Assembly: GCA_008632985.1 (NCBI GenBank)
Contig: QPGO01000087.1
Span: 248,001-312,000, forward strand
DNA length: 64,000 bases
Origin: Psammoneis japonica
Taxonomy: Eukaryota
Direction of reading: 5' to 3'
Shown here: positions 22,010 through 33,524 of the stretch, piece after piece
Numbering within the stretch: position 1 is the stretch's first letter
How the letters are laid out: each line of letters begins with the position of its first letter
Notes under the pieces: model-generated
Databases searched by the model: none
What the model saw: the letters and a program-made list of their open reading frames with translations, nothing else
Told to the model about the DNA's origin: nothing
Program-made: the position numbers and the translations under genes

Positions 22010-24225
22010 GTCGAACTCGAGCTTTTGCGATGACACGAAAACTGTGCCGGCCAGAAATGATTCCGCCACACAGCCATGAAAAAGAAGAACCAGCGTTGAG
22101 TGAGTTCGATCCCCTTGCGGTAAAAAGCAAGCGCACTTGTGCAATGCTCCGCAGTCACTTCCTTGCCCCTCTCAATGCTGCCAGTGCCCAATTCGTGCGC
22201 TCTACCGCATTTCCTTCGTGAGTCCACCTGCATCCTCTTGCGTCGTCCGCTTTATCTTGCAAACTTGTTTCTTGCCGGCAATGTGGTGCGTCACTTTCGC
22301 AGCTTGAAGAACGAAGCCTCCAAGTCCCTCGAGTTGGATTGCATCGAACCTCGACTATGCAGGCTCATTGCAGGCATGGGTGGGGCTGCACAGAGTGACT
22401 GGTAGAATGGATCTCTCAGCCGCTCCTGCCAGACACGTTTTAGTTGGATCCACCCTTCGAATGACTTGATCATGGAATCATGGCATCGCACACATCCTCG
22501 CTGACAGGAGCAACTTCATTTCCTGATCCACTGTCATCGCCTTCTTTCCTTCTCTTGGCGACTCTTTGCATCAGACCGAATTTCTGTTGATCGCAACAGC
22601 TCTCTGGGGCACCACTTTTGACAGCCTTGAACTGGCCATTGGCAGGTGCCTGCCGCTCCGTCTTCTTTGGTTCCACCTCCTCCCCCCTCTGCAGATGCTT
22701 TGTCCATTTGACTCGATCGCATTGCCAAGCACCGCGTCCCTCGCGCGCAAGGACGAAATGATCACACCGTTTTGGTTTTTGTGCATGAGGAGGACGTTGG
22801 ACAAGCATTCCACAAATGTGAAAAAGAGCTGCAACTCCAAATCGTAGTGGGGTCGACGCTGGATTTCCAATGACAGTTCGTGTCACATGAGTTGTTGACA
22901 CATGACATTTATGTCGGCCTGGCATTCGAGTGTAGATTCAGCTGTCTCCTGAGGATTCCAAAACAGCTCACAATTGCACGCCATTCGTTTTCTTTTCCCT
23001 CTTCCAGCACTGACTGAGGCATGGAGCGCTTGCTCGGGAAAATCCGTCACACCGCAGGTTGCGGTTGACCATTTTTTGGGGACAAACTTTGACATCCGCT
23101 CCATGGCGCCTCAACATGGATGTGGTCATTGACCAACGCCGCCAGTGCAAGTGAACAAGTGAGTTCAGTTGAGCGCTGGCATGCGCCGTTGATCTTGAGC
23201 GGCTTTTTTGGCATTCATTTAGTCGTTTGCTGTCAAAGCAAGTAAAATGATTGCAAGCGACAACAAAGCACAAGATGCCAACAAGGACCTCATCATCATT
23301 CTTGATGCATTGTGTAGCTTTCGCCTAACATGCGAAGCTCTTGCCAAAGACCAAAGATCTTGCAAAGATTGCAAAATATCGTTCAATTGATCAACATACA
23401 TTTACTTAGAGTCAATATAAAACATTTAACTGTTCAAGTCCGACCGTTAAAAGTATTTAGCACAGTCGACTTTTCCTTCCACGACCAAATTGTCAACTCG
23501 CAGCGCGGTTACAGTAGCTATGATATGAGGCTACGACTAGCACAATGTGCAAAATAGGCCATAACGAACTGAATATTTTGTATTTTAATATATAGTTAAT
23601 GTCTGGATGATCGGTATGTAAAATGACTGCACATGACTCCTGCTGTAGAATTTGTACCAGTCTACGTAATTAGGGCTCTACGAACTGAAGTCATACAGAA
23701 ATGTCTGGTGTTAAGTAAATTCAAATGTCGGAGCCGCCAAAATGGACCGAAACGCCGGCCACGTCTTTTAATAAAACATTCGAACTTGTTTATTGATTAT
23801 GAAGCAGTCGGAGTTGAAAAAGTAATATCAAAATTTGAGTTACAATTTGAATAGGAAACATTCAAAATCTTCTAATTGTGTTGCGAGTATCGATGTTTGA
23901 GTACAAATTGTATGGTTACATCTGTAAAAATGCCTAAATACTTGCTAAAAACCGTTATCGTTAAATATCGATGTACAAAAAAAGCTATACGGGTGTTCGG
24001 GACGTTTTTTACAGTTCACATTGTGCTAGGCGTAACTCCATATGACTGCTGGCGCTGTGAGCTGTGACAAAAACGAAGAGGAAGGAGGAAGCAAGAGTGT
24101 GTGGGTCCGTGTGTGTTTGTTCTCGAGCCGCTTATCAATCGGTCGTTTCGCCACTAACTATTCGTTACCCGGTTTGATTGATCAAAAAATTGACAAAACG
24201 CACAAAACAAGAATATAACACAACT

Positions 24226-24864
24226 ATGCAGCGTCGCAAAGTGGATGGAGCATCCCACACTGCCGCTGCGACATTGCAGCATCCGCAGGACGAGAAAAAT
24301 AAGCGACCTCGATCATCTCGATCCGTCATTCGTATTGTCAATCCCAACCGCATCTTGACGTGCCTCTTGGCCGTGGCGGCATTTTTGGCAATTGGAACGA
24401 TTTTGTTTCCAAAGGAATTAAGACAAGTCGAAGACACCACGGCACAAACCACAAAGGATCTCGTCAACAATGCCTACCGCGTGGAACAGAAAATGGAAGG
24501 ATGGCTTATTGACCATGAATTGCCAGCTGCAAAGCAATTGCAACAACAACAAGAACAACAACAAGATCCTACTGCAGCTATGCAAAAACAAACATCCTCG
24601 TGGGTAGACGGCGAAAAGAAACTAAAACAGCAGCTTCAAGTATTGGCCAAGCGACAAGAAGAAGGAATCGATGTGGGCGTTCCCGTATTGACACGCTATC
24701 TTGGCGAAGATTTTCCTGCGTGGGCCGGCAAGGATGTTGATGAAAAAGAGTGGACGGCCAAGGTAAAGGCAAAGTACGAAGAAATGGCGCAAGAAGAAGT
24801 GAAATGGAAAGAACGAGTGAGGTTATTCATGGAAGAAGAAAAAAAGAAAAAGCAGAGACGCTGA
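24226..24864 (+). CDS. Hypothetical single-pass membrane protein with coiled-coil C-terminus
   Basis: Intact ORF with TM ILTCLLAVAAFLAIGTILF, poly-Q and WVDGEKKLK..L..L...Q..G...GVPVLTRYLG. Confidence 0.75.
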   Translation: MQRRKVDGASHTAAATLQHPQDEKNKRPRSSRSVIRIVNPNRILTCLLAVAAFLAIGTILFPKELRQVEDTTAQTTKDLVNNAYRVEQKMEGWLIDHELPAAKQLQQQQEQQQDPTAAMQKQTSSWVDGEKKLKQQLQVLAKRQEEGIDVGVPVLTRYLGEDFPAWAGKDVDEKEWTAKVKAKYEEMAQEEVKWKERVRLFMEEEKKKKQRR

Positions 24865-24989
24865 GACATTATAGTTCGTCTTTTTGTTTACGTAACTACC
24901 CACCGCTACACATTTTTGTCTTGCTACCTTTTTAATGTTGACACCAATGAAAACTACAAAACGATTTAAGGTTAAGTAGAAGTCGCTCT

Positions 24990-26085
24990 CTAGCTTCGGT
25001 TCTTGTTGTGGTTCTTGTAATCGGGCAAGAAAGGAGCAGCTGTGGCGAACAGCTCGGTGAAGAAGTTATAGGGGAGGAAGAATGTACCCATTCTCGTACC
25101 AACGGACATGCCTATGGATGAGTCAGTTTCAATAGAAGAAAGATAAGAAGCAAAAGACAGTGAGAAACGACGTTCTCGAAAAAGACAGATCATCAAACGG
25201 AACAATATCAAACTCACCTCCCACATCCCGCAGGGCACAAACACCAATGCTACGGAAAATCTCATTGGGAAGAGCCTCGGGAGGCACTGCTGACTTTTGA
25301 GCCGATTCCATCATTTCGATCTTGTGCTCCACCTTGGCATAAAAGTTGCTATCAACGGGCGACGGATGAATGGCACAAACATCGATACCCAAATTCTTCA
25401 CTTCAATGTGCATGCAGCACGCCAACTGCGACACAAACGCCTTGGTGGATGCGTACATGGCGGCAAAGGGCGTGGGAATAAAGCCCGCCATACTAGATGT
25501 AAAGACAATGCAGCCCTTTTTCTTGCCGGAAACAAGCTTTTGCACAAAGTGGTGAGCAATATTCACGGCCGCCGTGGCGTTGCACTCCATATTGGCCTGA
25601 ATTTTCCCAATGGGAGTCTGGTCAATAAAACCCGTGACAATGAAACCAGCGTTATTGAAAACAATGGGTATTTCAATGTCTTTTGTGGCCTTTTCGATTT
25701 GATCCATGTACTTGACGCCGGGGCTAAAGGTGCAGGCGACTGACCGGAATTCCAAGTCGGGAAAATGCTCTTTCAATTCCTTCATGGTTTGTTTGAGAAA
25801 CTCGTCATCCAAAGACACAATCACCACGTTTAATCCTTGACTGGCAAGTTTAAAGGCGAGTGCTTTTCCAATACCACTACCGCCTCCTGTGACGAGCGCC
25901 CACTCGGCATTGTACCGCTTTTTCAAGTCCGGAACGGGCCGAAACGCCATATAGAGCTGAGGTAAGCTGTACAAGATGAGCCAAATCGTCGTGGGAAGCG
26001 CAAGTACGCATAGTGCTATAAGCATTGGGGAAAAGCTTGCACTTGCAGCACAAGTATCGGCGTCGACCGCCGCGGCAATCATCAT
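24990..26085 (-). CDS. Short-chain dehydrogenase/reductase (3-ketoacyl-CoA reductase / 17beta-HSD-like)
   Basis: WALVTGGGSGIG, FNNAG, TSS, YASTK. Intron 25112-25217. Confidence 0.92.
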
Positions 26086-26331
26086 GGTCAATCGCGAAAA
26101 GCTTCAACCAAAAAATGACGATGCAAGAAACAGCACAAAGATCGATGACGTCACCATGAGCCAATCAAAAGCCAACAAAAAGTTCCCGCCAAAACGTCTG
26201 CTCTTCTACCGGTACGATACCTCAAACACTCAAACACCGAACACAACAACATCAACATCATCGACTGTTCACCGGTATCAAGCGAAGATTAAGCTATCTC
26301 GACGACGGAACAAAAGCCCAGAATTTCAAAC

Positions 26332-27143
26332 ATGCTAAAGATTGTTTGTCCGATTTTATTGATGAATGCTACTTTTGTGGTATCCGCGCTGATTCAACCA
26401 GCACCCACTAGACCTACTGCGTTTCGCTCTCTGTCGTCGTCGCCGCATTTTTATCCTAGAAGAATCGACCACACAAGACTATACGCCAAAAAGAAGAAAC
26501 AAAAATCCAAGAAACAATCTTCCTCCTCCTCATCAGGTTTTGGTGGTGCCGCGGTGGGACCCTGCCCATGCAATTCCGGATTGGCCTATATGAAGTGCTG
26601 CGGCAAGCTCCACAAGGATCCCGAAGCGTATGCGGCTGCCACGGCCGAGCAAGTCGTTCGAGCACGGTATTCGGCCTATGCCAAACGGGAGGTGCGTTTG
26701 CATGTTGTGAAATACAATGCTTTGCTTGTTCTTCAAGGACCCATTTTACTTTTTGTGCTTTTTAGATTGACTTCATCATTGGATCAACTCATCCACTGAA
26801 TAAGAATTTCATGTCGGATATTCAACATTGGAAAGAGACTATCGAAAACAATTGTTATGACAATTTTGAATTGACAAAGTGTCAAATTCTCAGTGAAAGT
26901 TACGAAGGCGAGGGTGACAAGGAGGTGGCCACGGTTCAATTTGTAGCAAACATGATTCAGGTAGATTCGCGAGAAAAGACGGCATTCATGGAAACATCAA
27001 CCTTTGAACGAGGCGGCAAACACATTCGAAACGGCGCGTGGTTGTATCGGGACGGTGTCATTGAGACTCCTCCAGATGGAAACGACAGTGATGAGCAAGA
27101 GTCTTTAGAAACGGCACAACAAGAAGCAGCCAAAGCGGACTAG
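26332..27143 (+). CDS. SEC-C motif / YchJ (UPF0225)-like protein with plastid-type presequence
   Basis: PCPCNSGLAYMKCC, TAEQVVRARYSAY, E.S.FER...WLYRDG. Intron 26692-26765. Confidence 0.88.
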
Positions 27144-27861
27144 AGAGAGAGAGAAGCTAAGGTGGAAAAAGATTGGAAATGAGGTTCCTTCGCTTTTTGA
27201 TTGTTCCCGAGAAAGCTGCTTCACCTCAATGATGTAACAAGTCACCAAAAACGCGAATAAGACACAACACTGCACCATTATGCCACAACTTAGAATGTGA
27301 TCCTTCAAAAAGTAAAACTGCCTCCTGCTAATCTATCATGTTTTGATCAATCTTTTCTGGCGTACTATGTCTCTCGTAGACACTTCAAAAGACGTTCCGT
27401 GTATTACAGTTGCTTTCATAAACAAGCGGAGCGAGTAGCTTAGACTCAACGAATACAGAGCTAGAGAGGCCGTCCCTTCACATTTCTTTTTTCGAGGCAG
27501 CAGCCAGCCAGGACCCCACCCTAATGTGTCTGTCCGTCCGCCCCCATTTCTATCCCTCTGTCCTTGCTTTGCCCGTTGCGCCTCTGGCCACCGCACAATC
27601 TTTTCCCGCGCAAATCCAAAATCTGCAGACCCAGGCAGACTGGACGGACCGCTCACTTTTTCTTCTCTGAACGGCGAGGAGTCGTCGTCGCGTCGTCGCC
27701 GCAACTGCAGAACTGACTCACATTGATAACAATCTTATTCCGTGGCCGCTGTGAAACAGAATTGCAGTGGCCTCACAATGTTCGAGCCTGGTTTCGTTAT
27801 ACCTAGAGGTGATCCGATTCGGGGCGAGGAAATGCGAAAAAGTCCGTAGAGAACGTCGATC

Positions 27862-28877
27862 ATGAGAATCTCCACTCATCAGTGGGTGATCGTTTGGCTC
27901 ATCTTGGTTGTAGCGACCACTCGTAGTCTTTGCCTTCCAGGAAGGGCCACAGCAAGATGCACTGCTTTCAGTAAGACTACTCGCGGTGTGTCGCTTGTGT
28001 TAGGCATTTCAAGGGGCGGTGGGAGCCTTGATACGAGTAGCGCCGAGAAGACAATCAAGACATTTCTGGATACGGACGGAGGACACCAAGGCAAGTTCTT
28101 TATTCAGGGTTGGCGCTGGCATACAATGGCCTTGGTACGTGATGCTCGACGTCTGGAGAAACTAGCAAAACGAATGCAAAAACACGCGGGTAATGGTGAA
28201 ACACTCGAAAAAGCTGCGCATCACGTGGTCAATTTCAACATGAAGGGCCTGCATCGAATCGAGAACGATTTGTTCTTTCCGTGGCTACGAAAAAAGCTAA
28301 CGACAGATGTGGACAAGCAAGTCGGTAAAGCTTTTTCTACTGTAATGGACGAAATGACGGCGGAGCGAAAGAAGATTGCTCAAATGGGAGTTGCTGTGGT
28401 GCGTTTCGAATACACTCAAAATGTGTTCTCTTCGCTGTCCTCCTTGGCTAACAAACTTTATTTTCCTTCTCCCTTTCCCTTTTTCTCCAGATGGACGAAG
28501 CGAAGACTGCTTCTCGTCCAGACATCTCGGACGAGAAACGAGCCGAGGCTGTAGCGCATGTGGCACAGCTCTCGGCTGCTCTTGCTTCAAGAACCCGTGG
28601 GCTTCTCTCGAGGCAAGAGAATATACTGGTGCCGGCGGTTGCAGCGCTCGTTCCCGATTCTGAACAAAAATCATTCAACAGCAAGGTGATTCGAAAGCTC
28701 GGGCTGCTCGATTCTCGCATCCATCTCGTTGGAATGCACGATGCCGTGTGGGAACTTGACGATGCTTCGGAGAGAGAGCTGTTTCAAGAATCCATACCAA
28801 AGATTCCTCGACTCATGATTCCAAGGTGGAGGAAGAAACTTTACAACCCTCAAGCGAGTATGCTTGAAGAAAAGTAG
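27862..28877 (+). CDS. Hemerythrin-like (HHE) domain protein with N-terminal targeting peptide
   Basis: GWRWHTMALVRD, GLHRIENDLFFPWL, QENILVP. Intron 28399-28490. Confidence 0.7.
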
Positions 28878-29544
28878 TGCCATTGCTCATTTTTAGATGA
28901 TCAGACAACAAGAAGCGTGAAATACTTCACGCATCGGGTGAGTTTGCCATACGTATCGTTCTGTGTTGTTTATTGTTGTTGTTACTTGTATTGGTTTGAT
29001 TGTTGTTTGCGTTGGTATTTTTGTTGATGAAAATGAGCTCGGCCTGCGCGTGTACATCTTCACAGTTTGTACGCATGATTGCAGCGTCCACCTGCATATG
29101 AATCCGCGCTGAACATTCATGTTTTTCACTTGAATGATACCTTGAGGTATAAGCGGTAGCTAAAAGCTCTAGATAACTTGACGGGCGTTGAGAGCTTGTT
29201 CGGGTTCGTCCTGACGCTCTCCGTCTCTTTGTCGGATCTACATTCCCACTCCTGGGCGTTGAGCGCTCTGGTGCTATTGCGCAACGGGAGATAACCGTAG
29301 AACGCACATTTCTTGTCGTCCTCAGGCGGTTGCTGTCTGTGTGGCGTGAAACTCACACATACTTGCCGTTTGCTTTGTTTTTCAGAGCAGTTCCTGGTAG
29401 TATCGGACAGTAACATGACTCTCATTTTGTAAGCAGAACGTGGAGGACCGATATAATTTGAAATGTGAAGTTGCATTCTTAGTTAGCAACATCAACCTTC
29501 CCCTATAAAGAATTCCTAAGTACGCGAAACATATAACTGTAGTT

Positions 29545-30564
29545 CTACTCTTCCATTGGCACGGGATCTGACGCGTTTTCTTCTGTTTCATCCTTTGCTT
29601 CTTCGGCCGCGGGTGTAGGACCTGACGCATTTTCCTCCGTAGTTACCTTTGCCTCGTCTTCGGCCACGGGTTCAGGATGTGACGCGTTCTCCTCTGCATC
29701 CTCCTTAGCGACATTGGTGGCGGGTTCTTCCTTGGCGGGTTCTTCCTTGCCCTCGGATTCTTTGGACGGATCAGGCTTGATGTCTTTGCTAGCATTGTCC
29801 TCCTTGACGTTTGTTGGATCCTCCGCTTCTGTTGCCGGTGTCTTGTCTGCTGGTGCCCCAGTCGCCTCGTCATCCATCTTGGCCTTTTTCGCAGGAGGTG
29901 GAGAAGTCGCCTTGGATTCTACATCCTCGTCCGCGTGATCGTCGTCATCACCCTGTGCATCTGCTTTGGCATCTTCTTCCTTGGCCTTGGCTTTGGCGTC
30001 CTTTTTGCTCTTTTCTGCGGCACGGTGCTTCTCCAGAAATGTCTTGAGCTGAGGCGTAAACTCATCAAAATCCAATTCCTGACAGCACAAAAAGGATGCG
30101 AATAAGCAAAAAGTCAGTAAAAGGGCTTTCACATGACAGAAAGAGAAGTAAAATATACGTAAAATTGCATCTCTGGAAAGGTAAGCCTACATCTAGCAAA
30201 GCCCTTTGATCTCAGCAAGCTCTGGGTTGCAGAGAAACATAAACGAAAGACATAATCCCGATAACGCTGCATTCGAAAGACAGACTCTTACCTTTACAGC
30301 CGCAAGGACATCGTTTGCAGTAATGGTCTGCCTCTTGTTCTCTCTGGCAAAGTCATTGGCACACGCCGTAAGGTAAATGACAAAAATACCAGCCGCTCGT
30401 GAAAACGCCGACGATGCGTCTTTGCCCACATTGGTCGACGACGGCAGCGAGTTTTTCAGGATTCTCCGGACACATGCCAAGGGAGGTTCAAATTCAACAG
30501 CCGCTGTGGATGCTGCTGCTGGCTTGGTTGGTTCTGCCGACGATGCTGCTGCTGCAGATGTCAT
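29545..30564 (-). CDS. DPB4: Histone-fold protein, DNA polymerase epsilon subunit 3 / CHRAC17-like, with long acidic tail
   Basis: PLACVRRILKNSLP...VGKDA...FSRAAGIFVIYLTACAND.A....RQTITANDVLAAVK|ELDFDEF. Intron 30079-30291. Confidence 0.85.
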
Positions 30565-31353
30565 GGTGAAAGCAGATAGAAAGTGGATGATGAAGCAAGG
30601 CATTATGAAAGTCGGGAGCCGGGAAGCGCGCCATTTTGCTGTGATCGCGCATCATCTGCGCGCCCCGAGTAGTGCCCATGCCCTCTTTTTTGGTCCTGCT
30701 TCAGCTTATTTGCTCTCCAATATAACTTCAGCTTTATCTATAATGGGGCTACAGTAGCTAGTAGGCCTACTGCTGCTGTAGAAGTATTCTAGAGAGGTTG
30801 CTCCCTGTGTCAGCAAAATCAAATCACAGAAAGGTGCGACTCCTTTTCTGCGGTCACTTGTTGAACTACACGCTTTGAAACCAGGCATTTCCCTCTTTGG
30901 CTTGCTCGACGTTTGCCACGCATGGTCATGACATTTCACTCTAGCCGCCACGACTTGTGAAACTCCAGATCTAACCAAACCCCATCCATCGATACAGCGG
31001 GACCACGAGTCGGAGTTCTCTTTCCTCCTCAGATTTATTTTTCTGATGGTAAGAGGTACCCTCTAGTCGCTCTCTAGCTACTAGGACGAACTTGGCAGCG
31101 ATCCAGGAGTCATCGCAGAGTCCAGTCGCGCGAGAAGCGTGCAGAAGCACAAAGCATATCCTAAGAGTCGGTGTTGCATCCCGTGAGAATAGAAGTATAT
31201 AGAACTTTGTTGTAAGTCAGTGTTAGTTTCTCTCAACATCTATTCTGTATTCGTCGATGATCTAGTTTCAAGTCGTTTTGTGAGGGAGTCTATATCTAAC
31301 AACTAGTAGTTATTCCGTTCAAGCTCTTGAGATATCCTGTTTGTCTTGATATG

Positions 31354-33135
31354 TCATGAAGCATTCATAGTATTCCAAGCATCGTGAATCTGAACAAGCA
31401 CCACACCCAGTGAGAACGTGGCAAAAATCATTACTGGGTAGGCGAAAAGGGATCGAGAGTACCATCCATGGTACACGGTACGCTCCATTGTTGTAGATTG
31501 TCGACTGCTCGCAAGCTGTAATAGAGAGGGAGCAAAGAACGCAACATACAGCCCGGCGACTCCTGCCAGCAGAAAGGAAAACGATAGATCTGTAGCCCAC
31601 AGGGATCCAATCAATGGTGGAATAGCCGCCGCGAGCCTCCAAAAGATGGAGGCAATCTTGGATGCCTCCAATGTGAGAAGTTTTTTTTCGTCCATGGTCA
31701 AAACACTGTATGTGGGAGGCGAATTAACTTGCGCTCGCGCCATGGATTTCATAATGTGTCGATACTTTGGAAGATGCCGAGCAATCCACCTGACAAATGT
31801 GGGATTGGACGCGGCAAATAAATTATTTCCCAATGTATTCGCAATCAGTGGAAACACACTGAGTGTATCAAGAGCCGGAAAAATCACAACAATGTTGGAC
31901 GCCACCTTGAATATCGCCAAGAGCACACTGGAAGTCGTGTCGGGGTCAAAACCAAAGGTGAAGTCAGCAAAATTGAGATTGACGCTGGATCGTGTGTCGG
32001 AACCAAAGTAGGCTGCTGCGGTTGTACCGAGAAGCAAGTAAAAGGAACACGTTGTAAAGAGGGACGCTGCAAAGACCATTGGCACTTTTGGAATCATATA
32101 AGTCTGTTCTTGGAGCGGCCGTAGCAGTCCCGGTATCGAATGCTGAAACAATTGCGAAAACAGCGCTGCAGAGAAGGCTACACCGAATCCGGAAAAACAC
32201 GCTGTGTAGCTCATTTGACAGCCTTCGGATTCGGGTGAAGAAAAGTATGGAGGGTGATCGCGATTGCCATTCATGTCATCGATCCACAAGGCAAGCACAC
32301 ACCCCGCAACCATGATAAAAATGGCCACGAACCGAACGATCGCCATTATGGATTGAACAGCAACTTGTTCATCTAGTTCCATGCATGACAGAGGTATGAC
32401 AACCGCGCCGAAAAGGAGTTGCGGCAGACCCATAAGTCTTGTGCTTTTGTCGCTGCTTCCCCATATCAATTCAGCGAGTGCACCACAGAATACTTGTGTG
32501 TACGCCAACAAACCAACAAACATGAGTGACATGAGTGAGACTTGATAGATGATTTGATGCATGTGCCCCAAATAATGTTCCACAAGATCCACCACCTCGT
32601 ATCTTTCACCGTATTCAAAACTCGAACTTGATGACGATTGCATTGAATCGCTACGATGAATCAGTGACGATTTCTCGGATACAATCTGTAACGAATGATC
32701 ATCCACCAAGTAGGTGTTGTTGGATGACTCGGTCTTTTTCCTTGCGTTTTCGGCAAAGCGTTCTCCTGTTTCTGCAACCCACATTACCGTCATGAAGCTC
32801 AAAAGCGAGACGGTAACGAGAATGGCGGCGCACAGGATGAAACCGGCTCGTGCAAACGCGTAGGATATGCCCAAACACCCCACGCCTAAAATATAGTTAA
32901 TCGACAAGTAATAAAGAGCCTTGAGCGTGTAGGATGGTTCTTCAAAAGTCAAGTTCCAAAGACGATGATGCACAACCAGATCTTCATCGTCATTTATGCC
33001 ATTATGATGATGGTGATGATGATGATAGACTCTGGAAACGAGCCGCGACAGTCGAGGTTGTGTTGATGCTGCCATCAGATGAGGAAGAATAAGATCTTCC
33101 TCTCCGCTCTCGTCATAGACCGAAGTCCAGTCCAT
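31354..33135 (-). CDS. Amino-acid transporter (AAAP/Aa_trans, TMEM104-like)
   Basis: 593-aa single-exon ORF with NYILGVGCLGISYAF, FSQLFQHSIP, FPALDTLSVFPLIA.TLGNNL and many TM helices. Confidence 0.9.
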   Translation of the reverse strand: MDWTSVYDESGEEDLILPHLMAASTQPRLSRLVSRVYHHHHHHHNGINDDEDLVVHHRLWNLTFEEPSYTLKALYYLSINYILGVGCLGISYAFARAGFILCAAILVTVSLLSFMTVMWVAETGERFAENARKKTESSNNTYLVDDHSLQIVSEKSSLIHRSDSMQSSSSSSFEYGERYEVVDLVEHYLGHMHQIIYQVSLMSLMFVGLLAYTQVFCGALAELIWGSSDKSTRLMGLPQLLFGAVVIPLSCMELDEQVAVQSIMAIVRFVAIFIMVAGCVLALWIDDMNGNRDHPPYFSSPESEGCQMSYTACFSGFGVAFSAALFSQLFQHSIPGLLRPLQEQTYMIPKVPMVFAASLFTTCSFYLLLGTTAAAYFGSDTRSSVNLNFADFTFGFDPDTTSSVLLAIFKVASNIVVIFPALDTLSVFPLIANTLGNNLFAASNPTFVRWIARHLPKYRHIMKSMARAQVNSPPTYSVLTMDEKKLLTLEASKIASIFWRLAAAIPPLIGSLWATDLSFSFLLAGVAGLYVAFFAPSLLQLASSRQSTTMERTVYHGWYSRSLFAYPVMIFATFSLGVVLVQIHDAWNTMNAS

Positions 33136-33524
33136 TGTGGTGAATATTAAGAGCGTCTACTCATTGAGCCATGGTTCGCATAACTTGTGACTTCCCTCTG
33201 TTGGGACGAGTGCAACGTGTGGCTGCCTGGTGTTGCCTGGTGAAAGATACAGAGAGATGATGAAGCGAGTGAGTCGTGTTTTGGTGGTGTTTTGCGGCTT
33301 GCACGACTTACGTGCGGTGGCGGCAGTGGAAGCAAGTAGCAATCTTGGTAGCAAACACGCGTAGATTTCTACGCGAATTCTTCGATCTTCCCACCGATGC
33401 AGATCATCGGAACGAACGCAACGAACTCTCTTTCGATTCACTTCTTTATATTTCTTTCCTGTGTTTGCTGTCACTTTCGTGCTATTCGTATCGTCACTTC
33501 TTACCCGTCTCACTTACGCGCAAG

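Noticed and set aside
22010..23390. Possible transposase remnant on the minus strand
   Set aside because: TpA-depleted and coding-like, but I could not recognise any diagnostic motif, so it is left unannotated.
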